64,000 nt of DNA. It comes from Bacillota bacterium. Its GTDB lineage: Bacteria > Bacillota > JAAYKD01. The notes beneath the pieces were generated by a model. It ran no database searches, had not been told where the DNA came from, and saw nothing but the letters and a program-made list of their open reading frames with translations. The DNA is taken from NCBI GenBank assembly GCA_963666425.2, contig OY762825.2, forward strand, positions 128,001 through 192,000, given 5' to 3'. Positions 20,816 to 31,174 of the stretch are shown one piece after another. Each line of letters begins with the position of its first letter. The first letter of the stretch is position 1. A program made the position numbers and the translations under genes.

Positions 20816-21367
20816 ATGAATTTGAACGAATTGAGAATAGATATTGCAATCAGGGGAAAAAAGGGCCTGCATTTTATTATGGCTTCTGTCGTCATCTGGT
20901 GTGCTGTACTGGTTGTATCTCTGCTGCCAATTGAAGATGTCCAAACGAAAAATTTTCTGACCTTCTGTTTTACAGCACCACTTCTCCCACTTGCCTATCT
21001 GTTTTCAAAAATCATCAAGGCGGAATTTTCAACAAACGATAACCCATTGAATCAATTAGGGCTTTTATTTTCCTGCAATCAATTTCTATATCTGCTCATT
21101 GCTATGTGGGTCTATCCAACGGTACCAGATAAGATGGTAATGGTTTTAGCGGTTATTTTTGGAGCACACTTGCTGCCTTTTGGCTGGTTATATCGCTCAA
21201 AGGCCTATTCAATCATGTCTATCCTGATTTCTTTTTCTGCACTTGTGATAGGTATTTTGTTTCATGCTGCCGTGGTTTCCAGTCTGATGGTAGGTTATGA
21301 AATACTCTTTTGTCTATGGCTGATGCTCGAAAACAAATCATTAGCTAAAACTTCATCAAGGAGATAG
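20816..21367 (+). CDS. Multi-pass membrane protein, DUF7010-like
   Basis: About six hydrophobic segments; NPL..LG and GAHLLPFGWLY.S motifs; AAGGAG RBS; family call is from recognition only. Confidence 0.7.
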   Translation: MNLNELRIDIAIRGKKGLHFIMASVVIWCAVLVVSLLPIEDVQTKNFLTFCFTAPLLPLAYLFSKIIKAEFSTNDNPLNQLGLLFSCNQFLYLLIAMWVYPTVPDKMVMVLAVIFGAHLLPFGWLYRSKAYSIMSILISFSALVIGILFHAAVVSSLMVGYEILFCLWLMLENKSLAKTSSRR

Positions 21368-21500
21368 GATCTAATTTAAAAACAAGATAAACCTGATCGG
21401 TTTGCAGCGTATTGACAGACACTCGGGAAAGCGAAAGAATGCTTAATCAGGAACTCTTACTGAAAGCATCGGCAGAAAACAGGGATTATTTCCGTTCAAG

Positions 21501-21527
21501 GAAGGAAATCTTTACTGATTGTGGAAT
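21501..21527 (+). promoter_or_regulatory. SigH-like promoter upstream of pnp
   Basis: GAAGGAAAT-N11-GTGGAAT matches RNAGGAWWW-N11/12-RNNGAAT. Confidence 0.5.
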
Positions 21528-21576
21528 TAATCAAAGTTAATAAAAATAAGAAAGTAAAAATCAATAGGAGGTACAA

Positions 21577-23676
21577 ATGGTACATGAAGTAAAACGAGAA
21601 ATCGCCGGCAGGACCTTAAAAATTGAAACCGGCCGTTTAGCAAAACAAGCCGGCGGAGCTGTGCTGGTCAGTTATGGGGATACAGTGGTGTTGGTCACAG
21701 CTTGCGCGTCCAAAGAACCGCGTCTGGGTACAGATTTCTTTCCTCTCACTGTAGATTATGAAGAACGCCTCTATTCCGTTGGTAAAATTCCCGGTTCCTG
21801 GGGCAGACGCGAAGGCCGAGCCTCTGAGAAGGCGACACTTTCCGCTCGGGTTACCGATCGGGCAATTCGTCCGCTGTTTCCGGAAGGTTTCCGCAATGAT
21901 GTCCAGATTGTCGTCACTGTTTTGAGTGTGGAGCAGGATAACGCACCGGAAGTAGCAGCTATCATCGGCGCTTCTACCGCACTTTGCCTTTCTGGTATTC
22001 CCTTCAATGGTCCGATCGCCAGCGTGATGATGGGTTATGACGGAGAACAACTGATCGTCAATCCAACTGCCGAACAGGAAAAAAACGGCATTCTGCATTT
22101 GCAGGTAGCCGGAACCAGAGATGCGATCAACATGGTAGAAGCTGGCGCAAAGGAAGTTCAGGAAGATGTGATCATCGATGCTTTGGCCCGGGCGCATGCC
22201 GTGATCAAAGAGATCATTGCGATGGAAGACGAACTGATCGCTCTGGCAGGCAAAGAACCGATGCAGGTCGCCATTTATACAGTACCGGCAGAAATTATGG
22301 CCGCTGTGCGCGTCATGGCACTGAAGCCGATTTACGAAGCCTCAGCGACACAGGAGAAATTAGCGCGGGAAACCGCAGTCGAACAGGTCAATGCGCAGGT
22401 TAAGGCTGCTTTGGCAGAGAAATATCCGGATAACAGCAAAGACATCGGCGAAGCACTGAACGAAGTGCTTAAAGAAGTTGTGCGCGATATGATTTTATCG
22501 GGCAACCGTCCGGATGGTCGGGTGACGACGGAAATTCGTCCGATCAGTGTTGAAGTAGGCGTCCTGCCGCGGACCCATGGTTCCGGTTTATTTACCAGAG
22601 GACAAACGCAGGTTTTAACCTCCGCTACATTGGGTGCAATGGGTGATGTCCAGAAATTGGATGGTTTGTCTGAAGAGGATGATACCAAACGCTATATGCA
22701 TCATTACAATTTCCCGCCTTACAGTGTGGGTGAAACACGTCCGATGCGCGGACCGAGCCGACGGGACATTGGTCACGGTGCTTTGGCGGAGCGCGCTTTG
22801 CTGCCCATGCTGCCGGACGAAGAACAGTTTCCTTATACGATTCGCCTGGTTTCTGAAGTATTGGAATCCAACGGCTCCAGTTCGATGGCTTCCGTCTGCG
22901 GCAGCACCTTGGCTTTGATGGATGCCGGTGTACCAATCCAGTCACCGGTTGCCGGTATTGCCATGGGTCTGATCAAAGAAGGAGACCGGATTGCAATTTT
23001 AACCGACATTCAAGGATTAGAAGATCATTACGGAGACATGGATTTTAAAGTGGCAGGCACAGCCAAAGGTATCAATGCGCTGCAGATGGATATTAAAGTA
23101 GCCGGTTTGGATTTGGATATCATGCGCCGCGCTTTGGCGCAGGCCAAAGAGGGCAGATTGTTTATTTTAAATAAAATGCTGACGGTCTTGCCGGAAGTGC
23201 GCAAAGAAATGTCTCCTTTCGCCCCGCGTATTCTGACTTTGAAGATTGATGTGGATAAAATCCGCGATGTGATTGGACCGGGCGGCAAAGTAATCCAAAA
23301 AATCATTGCAGAAACCGGCGTGAAAATCGATGTAGAGCAGGACGGCCGCATCTTCATTGCAGTAGCAGGGATGCAATATGAAAACGGACTGAAAGCGCTG
23401 AAGATCATCGAAGGAATCACGAAAGACGTTGTGGTTGGCACGGTTTATCTGGGTAAAGTCACCCGCGTCGAAAAATATGGTGCTTTTGTTGAGGTTTTAC
23501 CGGGTAAAGAAGGTTTGGTCCACGTATCACAGCTTGCCTTGGAAAGAATCGAGAATCCTTCGGATGTTGTTTCCGTTGGCGATGAGATTTTAGTCAAAGT
23601 CACCGAAATTGATAAACAAGGTCGGATCAATCTTTCCCGTAAAGAAGTGATCAAAGAGGATGCCATGCGTTCTTAG
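21577..23676 (+). CDS. pnp: Polyribonucleotide nucleotidyltransferase (PNPase)
   Basis: [43 protein letters not shown]; KH and S1 domains. Confidence 0.99.
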   Translation: MVHEVKREIAGRTLKIETGRLAKQAGGAVLVSYGDTVVLVTACASKEPRLGTDFFPLTVDYEERLYSVGKIPGSWGRREGRASEKATLSARVTDRAIRPLFPEGFRNDVQIVVTVLSVEQDNAPEVAAIIGASTALCLSGIPFNGPIASVMMGYDGEQLIVNPTAEQEKNGILHLQVAGTRDAINMVEAGAKEVQEDVIIDALARAHAVIKEIIAMEDELIALAGKEPMQVAIYTVPAEIMAAVRVMALKPIYEASATQEKLARETAVEQVNAQVKAALAEKYPDNSKDIGEALNEVLKEVVRDMILSGNRPDGRVTTEIRPISVEVGVLPRTHGSGLFTRGQTQVLTSATLGAMGDVQKLDGLSEEDDTKRYMHHYNFPPYSVGETRPMRGPSRRDIGHGALAERALLPMLPDEEQFPYTIRLVSEVLESNGSSSMASVCGSTLALMDAGVPIQSPVAGIAMGLIKEGDRIAILTDIQGLEDHYGDMDFKVAGTAKGINALQMDIKVAGLDLDIMRRALAQAKEGRLFILNKMLTVLPEVRKEMSPFAPRILTLKIDVDKIRDVIGPGGKVIQKIIAETGVKIDVEQDGRIFIAVAGMQYENGLKALKIIEGITKDVVVGTVYLGKVTRVEKYGAFVEVLPGKEGLVHVSQLALERIENPSDVVSVGDEILVKVTEIDKQGRINLSRKEVIKEDAMRS

Positions 23677-23688
23677 TCTTTCATCTTT

Positions 23689-23722
23689 AAAAGGGGCCGT
23701 TGACAGAACGGTCCCTTTTTTT
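23689..23722 (+). terminator. Intrinsic terminator after pnp
   Basis: AAAAGGGGCCGTT-gacag-AACGGTCCCTTTTTTT. Confidence 0.8.
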
Positions 23723-23815
23723 ACAGAATTCTATTTTTAACCGCTGCACTTTTCCGCAGCGCCGGGAAGCTATTTCCGGACGCAAAGCAAACCTATGATC
23801 AGGAGGAGAATAGCC

Positions 23816-24262
23816 ATGCGAGGATTTTCTTGGATTACGGCATGTCAGGATCAAAATGCTGCGTTACCGCAGCGTAAGACGAGCGGCAGCGCCGGCTACG
23901 ATTTGGAAGCGGCCGAAACTGTCACACTGCGGCCTGGAGAGACAGCCTTGGTAGCGACCAATTTAAAAGCTTATATGTCGGCAAACGAAGTGCTGCTGAT
24001 TATGATTCGCAGCAGCTTAGCCGTCAAGCAAGATTTGATACTGGCCAATGGCGTTGGCGTAATCGATGCCGACTATTATAATAACCCAGACAATGAGGGA
24101 CATATCCTCTTGGCAGTGCGCAATCAGGGGGAGCAAGATGCAGTCATCAAAAAAGGACAGGCGGTTGCTCAGGGAATTTTTACGCAGTATCTGGTCAGTG
24201 AGCAGGAAGCCATCGCTTCAAAACCGCGCCAAGGTGGTTTCGGCAGTACGGATCCAAAATGA
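23816..24262 (+). CDS. dut: dUTPase (trimeric)
   Basis: SAGYDL, RSS, GVIDADYY, AQGIF, RQGGFGST (motifs I-V). Confidence 0.95.
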   Translation: MRGFSWITACQDQNAALPQRKTSGSAGYDLEAAETVTLRPGETALVATNLKAYMSANEVLLIMIRSSLAVKQDLILANGVGVIDADYYNNPDNEGHILLAVRNQGEQDAVIKKGQAVAQGIFTQYLVSEQEAIASKPRQGGFGSTDPK

Positions 24263-24503
24263 ATCAGGCAAATCGTTTGCTTTGCTCTGGTTTCGCTTTT
24301 TAAAAATTCTCGTTTTGTTTCTAGAATCGGACCGTTCCTGGTATACAGCCTCTTTCGAGCTGCTGTCAGGAAAGGTTCGATTTTTTGATTATTTTTGCTT
24401 TGCTGATAATTTCAATACAGAGTCTGGTATCTGCTCATGGTAACGTCTTAAATAACAGATATCTGATAGAATATAAATCTTTATAAAATAAGCAAGAAAA
24501 GTA

Positions 24504-24532
24504 TTGCATTAAAACGGGTAATCTGTTAAACT
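24504..24532 (+). promoter_or_regulatory. SigA promoter of the STAS-HTH/recA/recX unit
   Basis: TTGCAT-N17-TAAACT with extended -10 TG. Confidence 0.6.
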
Positions 24533-24538
24533 GAATTT

Positions 24539-24562
24539 GCTTTCAATGAATACAATGAAAGC
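24539..24562. promoter_or_regulatory. Candidate operator (inverted repeat) overlapping the predicted start site
   Basis: GCTTTCA-atgaatacaa-TGAAAGC, located between the -10 box and the RBS. Confidence 0.5.
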
Positions 24563-24577
24563 TAGGAGGTGATAGCC

Positions 24578-25162
24578 TTGCGGTTTACGAAAGTCGCTAT
24601 GGCTGATTTTACACCGGTTCTGGTAACCAGAAAAACCGGAAAAGCGGTGAAAGAGCAACTGGCGGCAATTTTACAGGCATCGAGCGAGCCGGAGGTCTTG
24701 ATTCTAAATTTTAAAGCGGTTCAGATCCTCGATTTTTCTTGTGCCGACGAATGCATCGCAAAACTCCTGATCGAAATCTGCGGGGATTTTTTTGGACCGA
24801 AAGCGTTTCTGCTCAGCAATTTATCGGAAGATCAGCTGGAAAATGTGGCAGCCGCGCTGTCTCAGCGTAATTTGGTAACTTGTTATCTCAACGGGGGTCA
24901 GCTGCGTATTTTAGGTGAACTGAAAGAGCCGCTGCTCGCCACGTTGGACGTGCTGAACCAAAATAAGACTGTCACCGCCAGAGAGATCGCAGATTTTATG
25001 CAGATCGCCATCAATACAGCCAGCAACCGCTTGAGTGAATTAGCAAAGCGAGGTTTGACCCTGCGCAGGAACGACATGCCGGCTGCCGGCGGAAAACAAT
25101 ACATTTATTGCAGTATCCTACCGGATCAAGCGGAACTCGGAACTCAAAATCAAAAAGAATAG
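24578..25162 (+). CDS. Uncharacterised STAS-like (DUF4325-like) plus winged-helix HTH protein
   Basis: N-terminal [18 protein letters not shown] resembles STAS/DUF4325; C-terminal TAREIA...[16 protein letters not shown] is an HTH; TTG start after AGGAGGTGA. Confidence 0.7.
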   Translation: MRFTKVAMADFTPVLVTRKTGKAVKEQLAAILQASSEPEVLILNFKAVQILDFSCADECIAKLLIEICGDFFGPKAFLLSNLSEDQLENVAAALSQRNLVTCYLNGGQLRILGELKEPLLATLDVLNQNKTVTAREIADFMQIAINTASNRLSELAKRGLTLRRNDMPAAGGKQYIYCSILPDQAELGTQNQKE

Positions 25163-25182
25163 GGAAAGGCAGGGATTCAAAA

Positions 25183-26250
25183 ATGGCAACTCCAACAGCT
25201 CAGAACAAACAAAAGGCGCTCGATGCGGCTTTGGCCGGAATCGAAAAACAGTTCGGTAAGGGATCGATTATGCGGATGGGAGAAGCAGAAGCACGTTTGA
25301 ATATCGATGTCATTCCGACCGGATCATTGGCTCTCGATATTGCCCTCGGTGTTGGGGGTGTACCGCGCGGCCGCGTGGTGGAGATTTATGGACCGGAGTC
25401 TTCCGGTAAAACAACCTTGGCTCTGCATATTGTTGCGGAAGCGCAGAAAACCGGTGGGACGGCCGCCTTCATCGATGCGGAACATGCCTTGGATCCGACT
25501 TATGCTTCCAATTTAGGCGTTAATATGGACGATTTGATCATTTCACAACCGGACACTGGTGAACAAGCCCTGGAGATTACGGAAGCTTTGGTCCGCAGCG
25601 GTGCCTTGGACGTGATCGTGATCGACTCGGTAGCGGCTCTGGTGCCGAAGGCGGAAATCGACGGTGAGATGGGCGACTCTTTTATGGGCTTGCAGGCCAG
25701 GCTGATGTCACAAGCTTTGCGCAAACTGGCCGGAGTCATTTCCAAATCACATACCGTTGTGATCTTCATCAATCAGCTGCGCGAAAAAATTGGCGTCATG
25801 TTTGGCAATCCGGAGACAACTACCGGCGGAAAAGCTCTGAAATTCTATGCCAGTATTCGCTTGGATATCCGGCGCATTGAAAGCTTAAAGCAGGGAACGG
25901 AAATTGTCGGCAATAGAACCAGAGTGAAAGTAGTGAAAAATAAAGTCGCACCGCCGTTTAAACAAGCAGAATTTGACATCATGTATGGCAAGGGAATTTC
26001 CAGAGAAGGTTCTGTCCTGGATATGGCTGTCGAATGCGAGATTATCAATAAGAGCGGCGCCTGGTTCTCCTATAACAGTGAACGTTTAGGGCAGGGCAGA
26101 GAGAATGTCAAGCAATTGCTGATCGACCATCCTGATTTATTAAACGAAGTGGAACTAAAAGTCCGGGAAGCTTATAAACTGAATGCCATCAAAGCCCTTC
26201 CGGCTGAAGAAATATCGGAAGAATCTGAATTAGCGGACGAAGAAGAATGA
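25183..26250 (+). CDS. recA: Recombinase RecA
   Basis: [37 protein letters not shown]. Confidence 0.99.
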   Translation: MATPTAQNKQKALDAALAGIEKQFGKGSIMRMGEAEARLNIDVIPTGSLALDIALGVGGVPRGRVVEIYGPESSGKTTLALHIVAEAQKTGGTAAFIDAEHALDPTYASNLGVNMDDLIISQPDTGEQALEITEALVRSGALDVIVIDSVAALVPKAEIDGEMGDSFMGLQARLMSQALRKLAGVISKSHTVVIFINQLREKIGVMFGNPETTTGGKALKFYASIRLDIRRIESLKQGTEIVGNRTRVKVVKNKVAPPFKQAEFDIMYGKGISREGSVLDMAVECEIINKSGAWFSYNSERLGQGRENVKQLLIDHPDLLNEVELKVREAYKLNAIKALPAEEISEESELADEEE

Positions 26251-26729
26251 AAACAGCGGAACAGGCTTGTCTGGCGAAATGTCTGCAGTTGTTATCCAAA
26301 ATGGCCTATTCCAAACGGCGCCTATGTGAAAAACTAGGTGCCGTTTACGATGCCGAAACGATCGAACGTGTGCTTGCCTATGCCGAAGCGCAGCATTATC
26401 TGGACGAACAGCGCGATTGCCTGCTCTGGCTGGAGCATTATCGCCGGCAGAGTAATAAAAGCAATTATGAAATGACTGCCTTGCTGTCACAACGAGGTTA
26501 TGAGCGTGAACTGATCAAGGTTTGTTTGGGTTCGCTGCCGCCGGAAGAAGAACTTCAAAAAGCAATTGCTCTTCTTCAGGGTCTGATTCATAAAAAAATC
26601 CCTGTTGATTATCAGGAAAAGCAGAAAATCATGCAGAAATTACTGCGGCATGGCTTTCCAATGGATATTGTACTGAAAGCTTTGCAAATTGTTTGCCAAC
26701 CGGAGCTTGATTTCAATGAAAACTTTTAG
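26247..26729 (+). CDS. recX: RecX regulator (divergent)
   Basis: 4-bp overlap with recA; three-helix repeats with LLSQRGY and KLLRHGF. Confidence 0.75.
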   Translation: MKTAEQACLAKCLQLLSKMAYSKRRLCEKLGAVYDAETIERVLAYAEAQHYLDEQRDCLLWLEHYRRQSNKSNYEMTALLSQRGYERELIKVCLGSLPPEEELQKAIALLQGLIHKKIPVDYQEKQKIMQKLLRHGFPMDIVLKALQIVCQPELDFNENF

Positions 26730-26746
26730 AAATCTGCTTCCTCATC

Positions 26747-26775
26747 TTGACGTGAGCATGATTTCAGTATAAAAT
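26747..26775 (+). promoter_or_regulatory. SigA promoter of rny
   Basis: TTGACG-N17-TAAAAT. Confidence 0.65.
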
Positions 26776-26932
26776 AGACGAGCAGAGGCGAAAGCGAATC
26801 AGAATTTTATGAATGATTCGTTTGCTGACAGTTGAAGAAACAGTCTTAACCTTCTGCCAATCCGTTTTCACTGATTTTTTAGTTTTGTATAGACGGAATG
26901 TCACGGTTCATTGAAAATTTAATCAATAGGAG

Positions 26933-28489
26933 GTGTTAATCATTCAGGAACTTATTATAACAGGAGCAATCGCTTTGATAGCCGGAGGTTTGATCGGTTG
27001 GTTCACCGGTAAAACCTATAAAATAAAAACGGACGAAGCTCAATTGGGTTCTGCGCGGGAACAGGCAAAAGATATTTTAGAAAAAGCCATTCGCGACGCG
27101 GAAATACAAAAGAAAGAAGCATTGCTGGAAGCGAAAGAAGAAGTACATCATTTGCGGTCCGATTTAGAAAAAGAGATTAAGGAACGCCGCAATGAACTGC
27201 AGCGTTTAGAACGTCGGACGATTCAAAAAGAAGAGTTACTGGACAAGAAAACCGAAGCCTTCGAAAAAACCGAGGAGGTTTTAGCCAAACGGGAGCAGGA
27301 TATTGAGGCACTCAAGGGGAAGGCGGAAGAGGTTTATCAGCGTCACTGGAAAGAATTAGAACGTATTTCTGCCATGTCAAAAGAAGAAGCCAAGCAATTT
27401 TTGTTAAGCCAAACAGAAGAAGCCGTTCAACTGGATATGGCACTGATCATTCGCAATGCTGAGATTCAAGCCAAGGAAAAATCAGACCGCAAGGCGAGAG
27501 AGATTGTCAGTTTAGCGATTCAGCGCTGCGCTGCCGACCATGTTGCTGAGACAACCGTTTCGGTAGTGGAATTACCCAATGAAGAAATGAAGGGTAGAAT
27601 CATCGGACGGGAAGGCAGAAATATCCGAACCTTGGAAACCTTAACCGGTATTGATTTAATTATTGACGATACTCCAGAAGCTGTTATTTTATCCGGATTC
27701 GATCCGGTGCGGCGCGAAATTGCCCGGGTCGCTTTGACTCGTTTGGTCCAGGACGGCCGTATCCATCCTGCGCGGATTGAAGAAGTTGTCGAGCGGGCAA
27801 TTCGGGAAGTGGATCAACGGATCGAAGAAGAAGGAGAGTCAGCTACCTTTGAAGTTGGAGTCAACGGAATTCATCCAGAGATCATCAAACTATTAGGCCG
27901 GCTGCATTTCCGAACCAGTTATGGTCAGAATGTGCTGAAACATTCCTGTGAAGTTGCTTATCTAGCCTCGATGATGGCTGCAGAATTGGGAGCGGATGTT
28001 ACGCTTGCCAAACGAGCCGGCTTGCTGCATGATATCGGCAAAGCAGTGGATCATGAAATCGAAGGATCCCATGTGGCGATCGGGGTGGAAATAGCACGCA
28101 AATTCGGTGAAAATGCTGAAATACTGCATGCAATCGAAGCGCATCACGGTGATGTTGAAACAAAAACGGTCATTGCCTCTTTGGTGCAGGCTGCAGATGC
28201 CATTTCGGCTGCACGCCCGGGCGCCAGGCGCGAAACATTGGAAACATATGTCAAACGTCTGCATAAATTAGAAGAAATCGCTACGGATTTTGAAGGCGTT
28301 GAGCAAGCTTATGCGATACAAGCCGGCAGAGAAGTGCGTATCATGGTAAAACCAGAAAAAGTGGACGAAGTGATGTCTTATAAATTAGCGCATGATATCG
28401 TCAAGAAAATCGAAGAGAACTTGGATTACCCCGGTCAGATTAAAATTACGGTGATCCGGGAAACTCGAGTGGTCGATTACGCGAAATAG
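26933..28489 (+). CDS. rny: Ribonuclease Y (start codon uncertain, see findings)
   Basis: N-terminal TM segment, coiled coil, KH domain ([12 protein letters not shown]), HD domain (LLHDIGK), [12 protein letters not shown]. Confidence 0.98.
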   Translation: MLIIQELIITGAIALIAGGLIGWFTGKTYKIKTDEAQLGSAREQAKDILEKAIRDAEIQKKEALLEAKEEVHHLRSDLEKEIKERRNELQRLERRTIQKEELLDKKTEAFEKTEEVLAKREQDIEALKGKAEEVYQRHWKELERISAMSKEEAKQFLLSQTEEAVQLDMALIIRNAEIQAKEKSDRKAREIVSLAIQRCAADHVAETTVSVVELPNEEMKGRIIGREGRNIRTLETLTGIDLIIDDTPEAVILSGFDPVRREIARVALTRLVQDGRIHPARIEEVVERAIREVDQRIEEEGESATFEVGVNGIHPEIIKLLGRLHFRTSYGQNVLKHSCEVAYLASMMAAELGADVTLAKRAGLLHDIGKAVDHEIEGSHVAIGVEIARKFGENAEILHAIEAHHGDVETKTVIASLVQAADAISAARPGARRETLETYVKRLHKLEEIATDFEGVEQAYAIQAGREVRIMVKPEKVDEVMSYKLAHDIVKKIEENLDYPGQIKITVIRETRVVDYAK

Positions 28490-28516
28490 GAGCGCTCGCT
28501 CTTGAGAAAGACTGGT

Positions 28517-28558
28517 AAGCTGTTCAGCAGTCAAAAAGATTGCTGAACAGCTTTTTTT
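28517..28558 (+). terminator. Intrinsic terminator after rny
   Basis: AAGCTGTTCAGCA...TGCTGAACAGCTTTTTTT. Confidence 0.8.
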
Positions 28559-28592
28559 CATGCCGGCGTATTTCCGTTTTCGTTGCCAATAA

Positions 28593-28619
28593 GAAGGAAA
28601 AGCAAACGGGAACGTGAAT
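28593..28619 (+). promoter_or_regulatory. SigH-like promoter upstream of the hypothetical-ymdB pair
   Basis: GAAGGAAAA-N11-CGTGAAT. Confidence 0.45.
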
Positions 28620-28642
28620 ATAATAAAGTGAGGTGAAATTCA

Positions 28643-29170
28643 ATGAACGAGATCAAAGAGGAAGCACCCCTTGGCGCTGCTTTTCTAATTTCCGCGATGA
28701 TGATCTATCCCTGCCTTTCTTCGATTTTCCTTAACACAGCCGATAAATCAATAACCCTGGATTTTACTGTGCAAAAAAACGGCAAAGAGAAAGATCACTA
28801 TCAGCATGCAATCAAACAACTCAAACAGGGAATTCACTTTTTCCATATGATCGATCGGATCAAACCGGAAATCTATCAAGTGGACTTATCTGTTACTGAG
28901 TATCAGAATAAAATCAGTGTTCAGCGCGATATGAAGAGCCTGACCCCTTACGAAATCGAAGCGATCTATGATCTGTTTGAGCGCTACTTTGCGGAAGACA
29001 GTGAGGAAGAATCGGACAATGATCTGAGCAACGAACAATGGCAGCAGCATAATCAATTATATGAAGCGCTCTATCAGTATGTTTGTCATGCTGATTTTGT
29101 GCCGATCCGCGCTTTCAGAGATTATGATTCCATATACATTCATCAGGTTACGGAACAGAAGAAAGGCTAA
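28643..29170 (+). CDS. Hypothetical protein between rny and ymdB
   Basis: 175-aa ORF with GAGGTG RBS and an acidic C-terminal part; no motif recognised. Confidence 0.7.
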   Translation: MNEIKEEAPLGAAFLISAMMIYPCLSSIFLNTADKSITLDFTVQKNGKEKDHYQHAIKQLKQGIHFFHMIDRIKPEIYQVDLSVTEYQNKISVQRDMKSLTPYEIEAIYDLFERYFAEDSEEESDNDLSNEQWQQHNQLYEALYQYVCHADFVPIRAFRDYDSIYIHQVTEQKKG

Positions 29171-29186
29171 GAAGGAAAAGCAAGTG

Positions 29187-29975
29187 ATGCGTATTTTATT
29201 TATCGGTGATGTGGTAGGTCAGACCGGCTGCAGAATTGTGCAGGAGCAGCTGCCTCAATTCAGACGGAAAAATAATATTCAGAGCGTGATAGCGAATGGA
29301 GAAAATGCTTGGCGCGGCAAGGGGCTGAGCCGCGAGGTTGCCGACCAGCTTTTTGGCAGTGGAGTCGATCTGATCAGCAGCGGCAATCACATTTGGGACC
29401 AAAAAGCGGTTTTTGATTTTATTGATCAGGAGGATCGTTTGATCCGGCCTGCCAATTATCCGGCAGGGGTGCCCGGTCGCGGCTGGACCAGTTGCTGGGT
29501 GGGCAGCACAGGCATTCAGATTGCTTTGATCAATTTGCTGGGCCGCGTTTTTTTGGCAGAAGTCGATTCCCCCTTTACGGTGTTGGACCGGGTCTTAGCG
29601 GAGATCCCACCGGAGATTAAAATCCGCATTCTCGATTTTCACGCAGAAGCCACTTCGGAGAAGTTAGCGATGGCTTATTATGCTGAGGGGAAAGTTTCAG
29701 CCCTTTTGGGTACTCATACGCATGTGCAAACGGCTGACGAACAGATTTTCAAGCAGGGAATGGCCTATATTACCGATGTAGGGATGACCGGTGCACTGAC
29801 ATCAATTCTGGGTACAAAAGTGGAACCGGTGCTGTATCGATTTTTAACCGCTTTACCGGCTCGTTTTGAACCGGCGGAAGGTCCGGGACAGTTCAACGCA
29901 GTGATTCTGGAAATCAGCGAGAACAATGGTCAAACCAGCAAAATCGAAAGAGTCAACTGGAAAGAAATTTCATAA
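29187..29975 (+). CDS. ymdB: YmdB/TIGR00282 metallophosphoesterase
   Basis: LFIGDVVG, NGEN, GNHIWD, DFHAEATSEK, GTHTHVQTAD, TDVGMTG. Confidence 0.96.
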   Translation: MRILFIGDVVGQTGCRIVQEQLPQFRRKNNIQSVIANGENAWRGKGLSREVADQLFGSGVDLISSGNHIWDQKAVFDFIDQEDRLIRPANYPAGVPGRGWTSCWVGSTGIQIALINLLGRVFLAEVDSPFTVLDRVLAEIPPEIKIRILDFHAEATSEKLAMAYYAEGKVSALLGTHTHVQTADEQIFKQGMAYITDVGMTGALTSILGTKVEPVLYRFLTALPARFEPAEGPGQFNAVILEISENNGQTSKIERVNWKEIS

Positions 29976-30027
29976 TCGCCGTTTCTATTTGCTCTGATGT
30001 TAGGGCAATTCAAACAATAATAGTCCA

Positions 30028-30053
30028 CATTGGCCCATTATAAAGGGCCAATG
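30028..30053. promoter_or_regulatory. 26-bp palindrome, candidate operator of the GntR-kor-mcm cluster
   Basis: CATTGGCCC-A-TTATAA-A-GGGCCAATG: one mismatched pair out of 13. Confidence 0.6.
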
Positions 30054-30185
30054 ATCTCTGAGTACAGAAATAGACATAATGAATATTGTGATTTTAAAAG
30101 GTTTTTGCAAAGAAAAAGAGAAATATGAGAATGATTTCTGTTTCTTGTCTGCCTTGCAGACCAAAATTGGCTTAAGGAGGAAATT

Positions 30186-31157
30186 GTGGACCTGTCCAAT
30201 ATTTATCTAGACAAAAAGAATGGTGTGCCACTTTACCTTCAGCTTTCTGAACAACTTAAAAGCATGATCCTCAGTGGTACTCTTTCCACCGGCGAACGTC
30301 TTGCTACGGAAAGGACAATGTCGGAGAAGCTGCAGGTCAGTCGGAACACGATCAGTCTGGCATACTACGAATTAGAATCCGAAGGGTTAGTGATTTCACG
30401 TCAAGGCAGTGGTACTTATGTTGCTGATTTGGAGCGCCGTCTTCAACAAATCGACCGACGCCAGGCATTGATGAAGTCGATCGATAATGTCATCAAAGAA
30501 GCAGCGGAGAACGGCTATACCTTGGAGGAATTCACCAGCTTATTTTCGGGTTGTATCCGTGAGTGCCAGGGCCATTTCAAAAAAGTCCATCTTATTTTCA
30601 TCGAATGCAATCACGAACAGGCGGATTATTTCGCCAAAGAAATCGAATTGGGTTCCGGCGTGACCGTCGAACCGGTCTTGTTGGAAGATTTGCAGAGTAA
30701 ACGAGATTCTTTACAAAAAGCAGATCTGATTGTTACGACTTTTTATCATTTAGAGGAAGTGACTGCGTTTATGCCGGAACGCAGAGATACCATTCTGGGA
30801 ATTGCCCAAGATCCTCAGGTGGATACGATTGTGAAGATCGCTACCCTGTCGAAGACAGAGAAAATCGGTTTAGTTTCTTCATCGGATGTATTTGCTACAG
30901 ATGTCATTCGTTCTATTCAGAATTCCGGAATTCCGGGTTTGAAATTTGTCAGAACAACTTCCAGAAATCCTGAAATTGTCAGACAATTGATTGATTCGGT
31001 CGAAGTTGTCGTCGTATCACCTGGCCGCAAAGAAGAAGTGCAGAAGCTGGTGGGACGCCGCCCCATTGAAGTGATAGAATTTATCTATCGTCCGGATATG
31101 GGATCGATCAATTTGCTCAAGAATGCTGTGTTGCGTTTGCGTGACAGGAAAGACTAA
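30186..31157 (+). CDS. GntR-family transcriptional regulator with long C-terminal effector domain
   Basis: PLYLQL...GERLATER...VSRNTI..AY.EL..EG...RQGSGTYV GntR HTH; 323 aa. Confidence 0.92.
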   Translation: MDLSNIYLDKKNGVPLYLQLSEQLKSMILSGTLSTGERLATERTMSEKLQVSRNTISLAYYELESEGLVISRQGSGTYVADLERRLQQIDRRQALMKSIDNVIKEAAENGYTLEEFTSLFSGCIRECQGHFKKVHLIFIECNHEQADYFAKEIELGSGVTVEPVLLEDLQSKRDSLQKADLIVTTFYHLEEVTAFMPERRDTILGIAQDPQVDTIVKIATLSKTEKIGLVSSSDVFATDVIRSIQNSGIPGLKFVRTTSRNPEIVRQLIDSVEVVVVSPGRKEEVQKLVGRRPIEVIEFIYRPDMGSINLLKNAVLRLRDRKD

Positions 31158-31174
31158 AGGAGGTAATTTGTGTT

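Noticed and set aside
24324-24337. LexA (Cheo) box upstream of the recA unit, GAATCGGACCGTTC
   Set aside because: Wrong spacing (N6 rather than N4), a mismatch, and far upstream of the predicted promoter
24066-24443. 125-aa ORF overlapping dut; also short ORFs at 42542-42739 and 44825-45046
   Set aside because: No RBS or recognisable domain; they overlap real genes or hairpins
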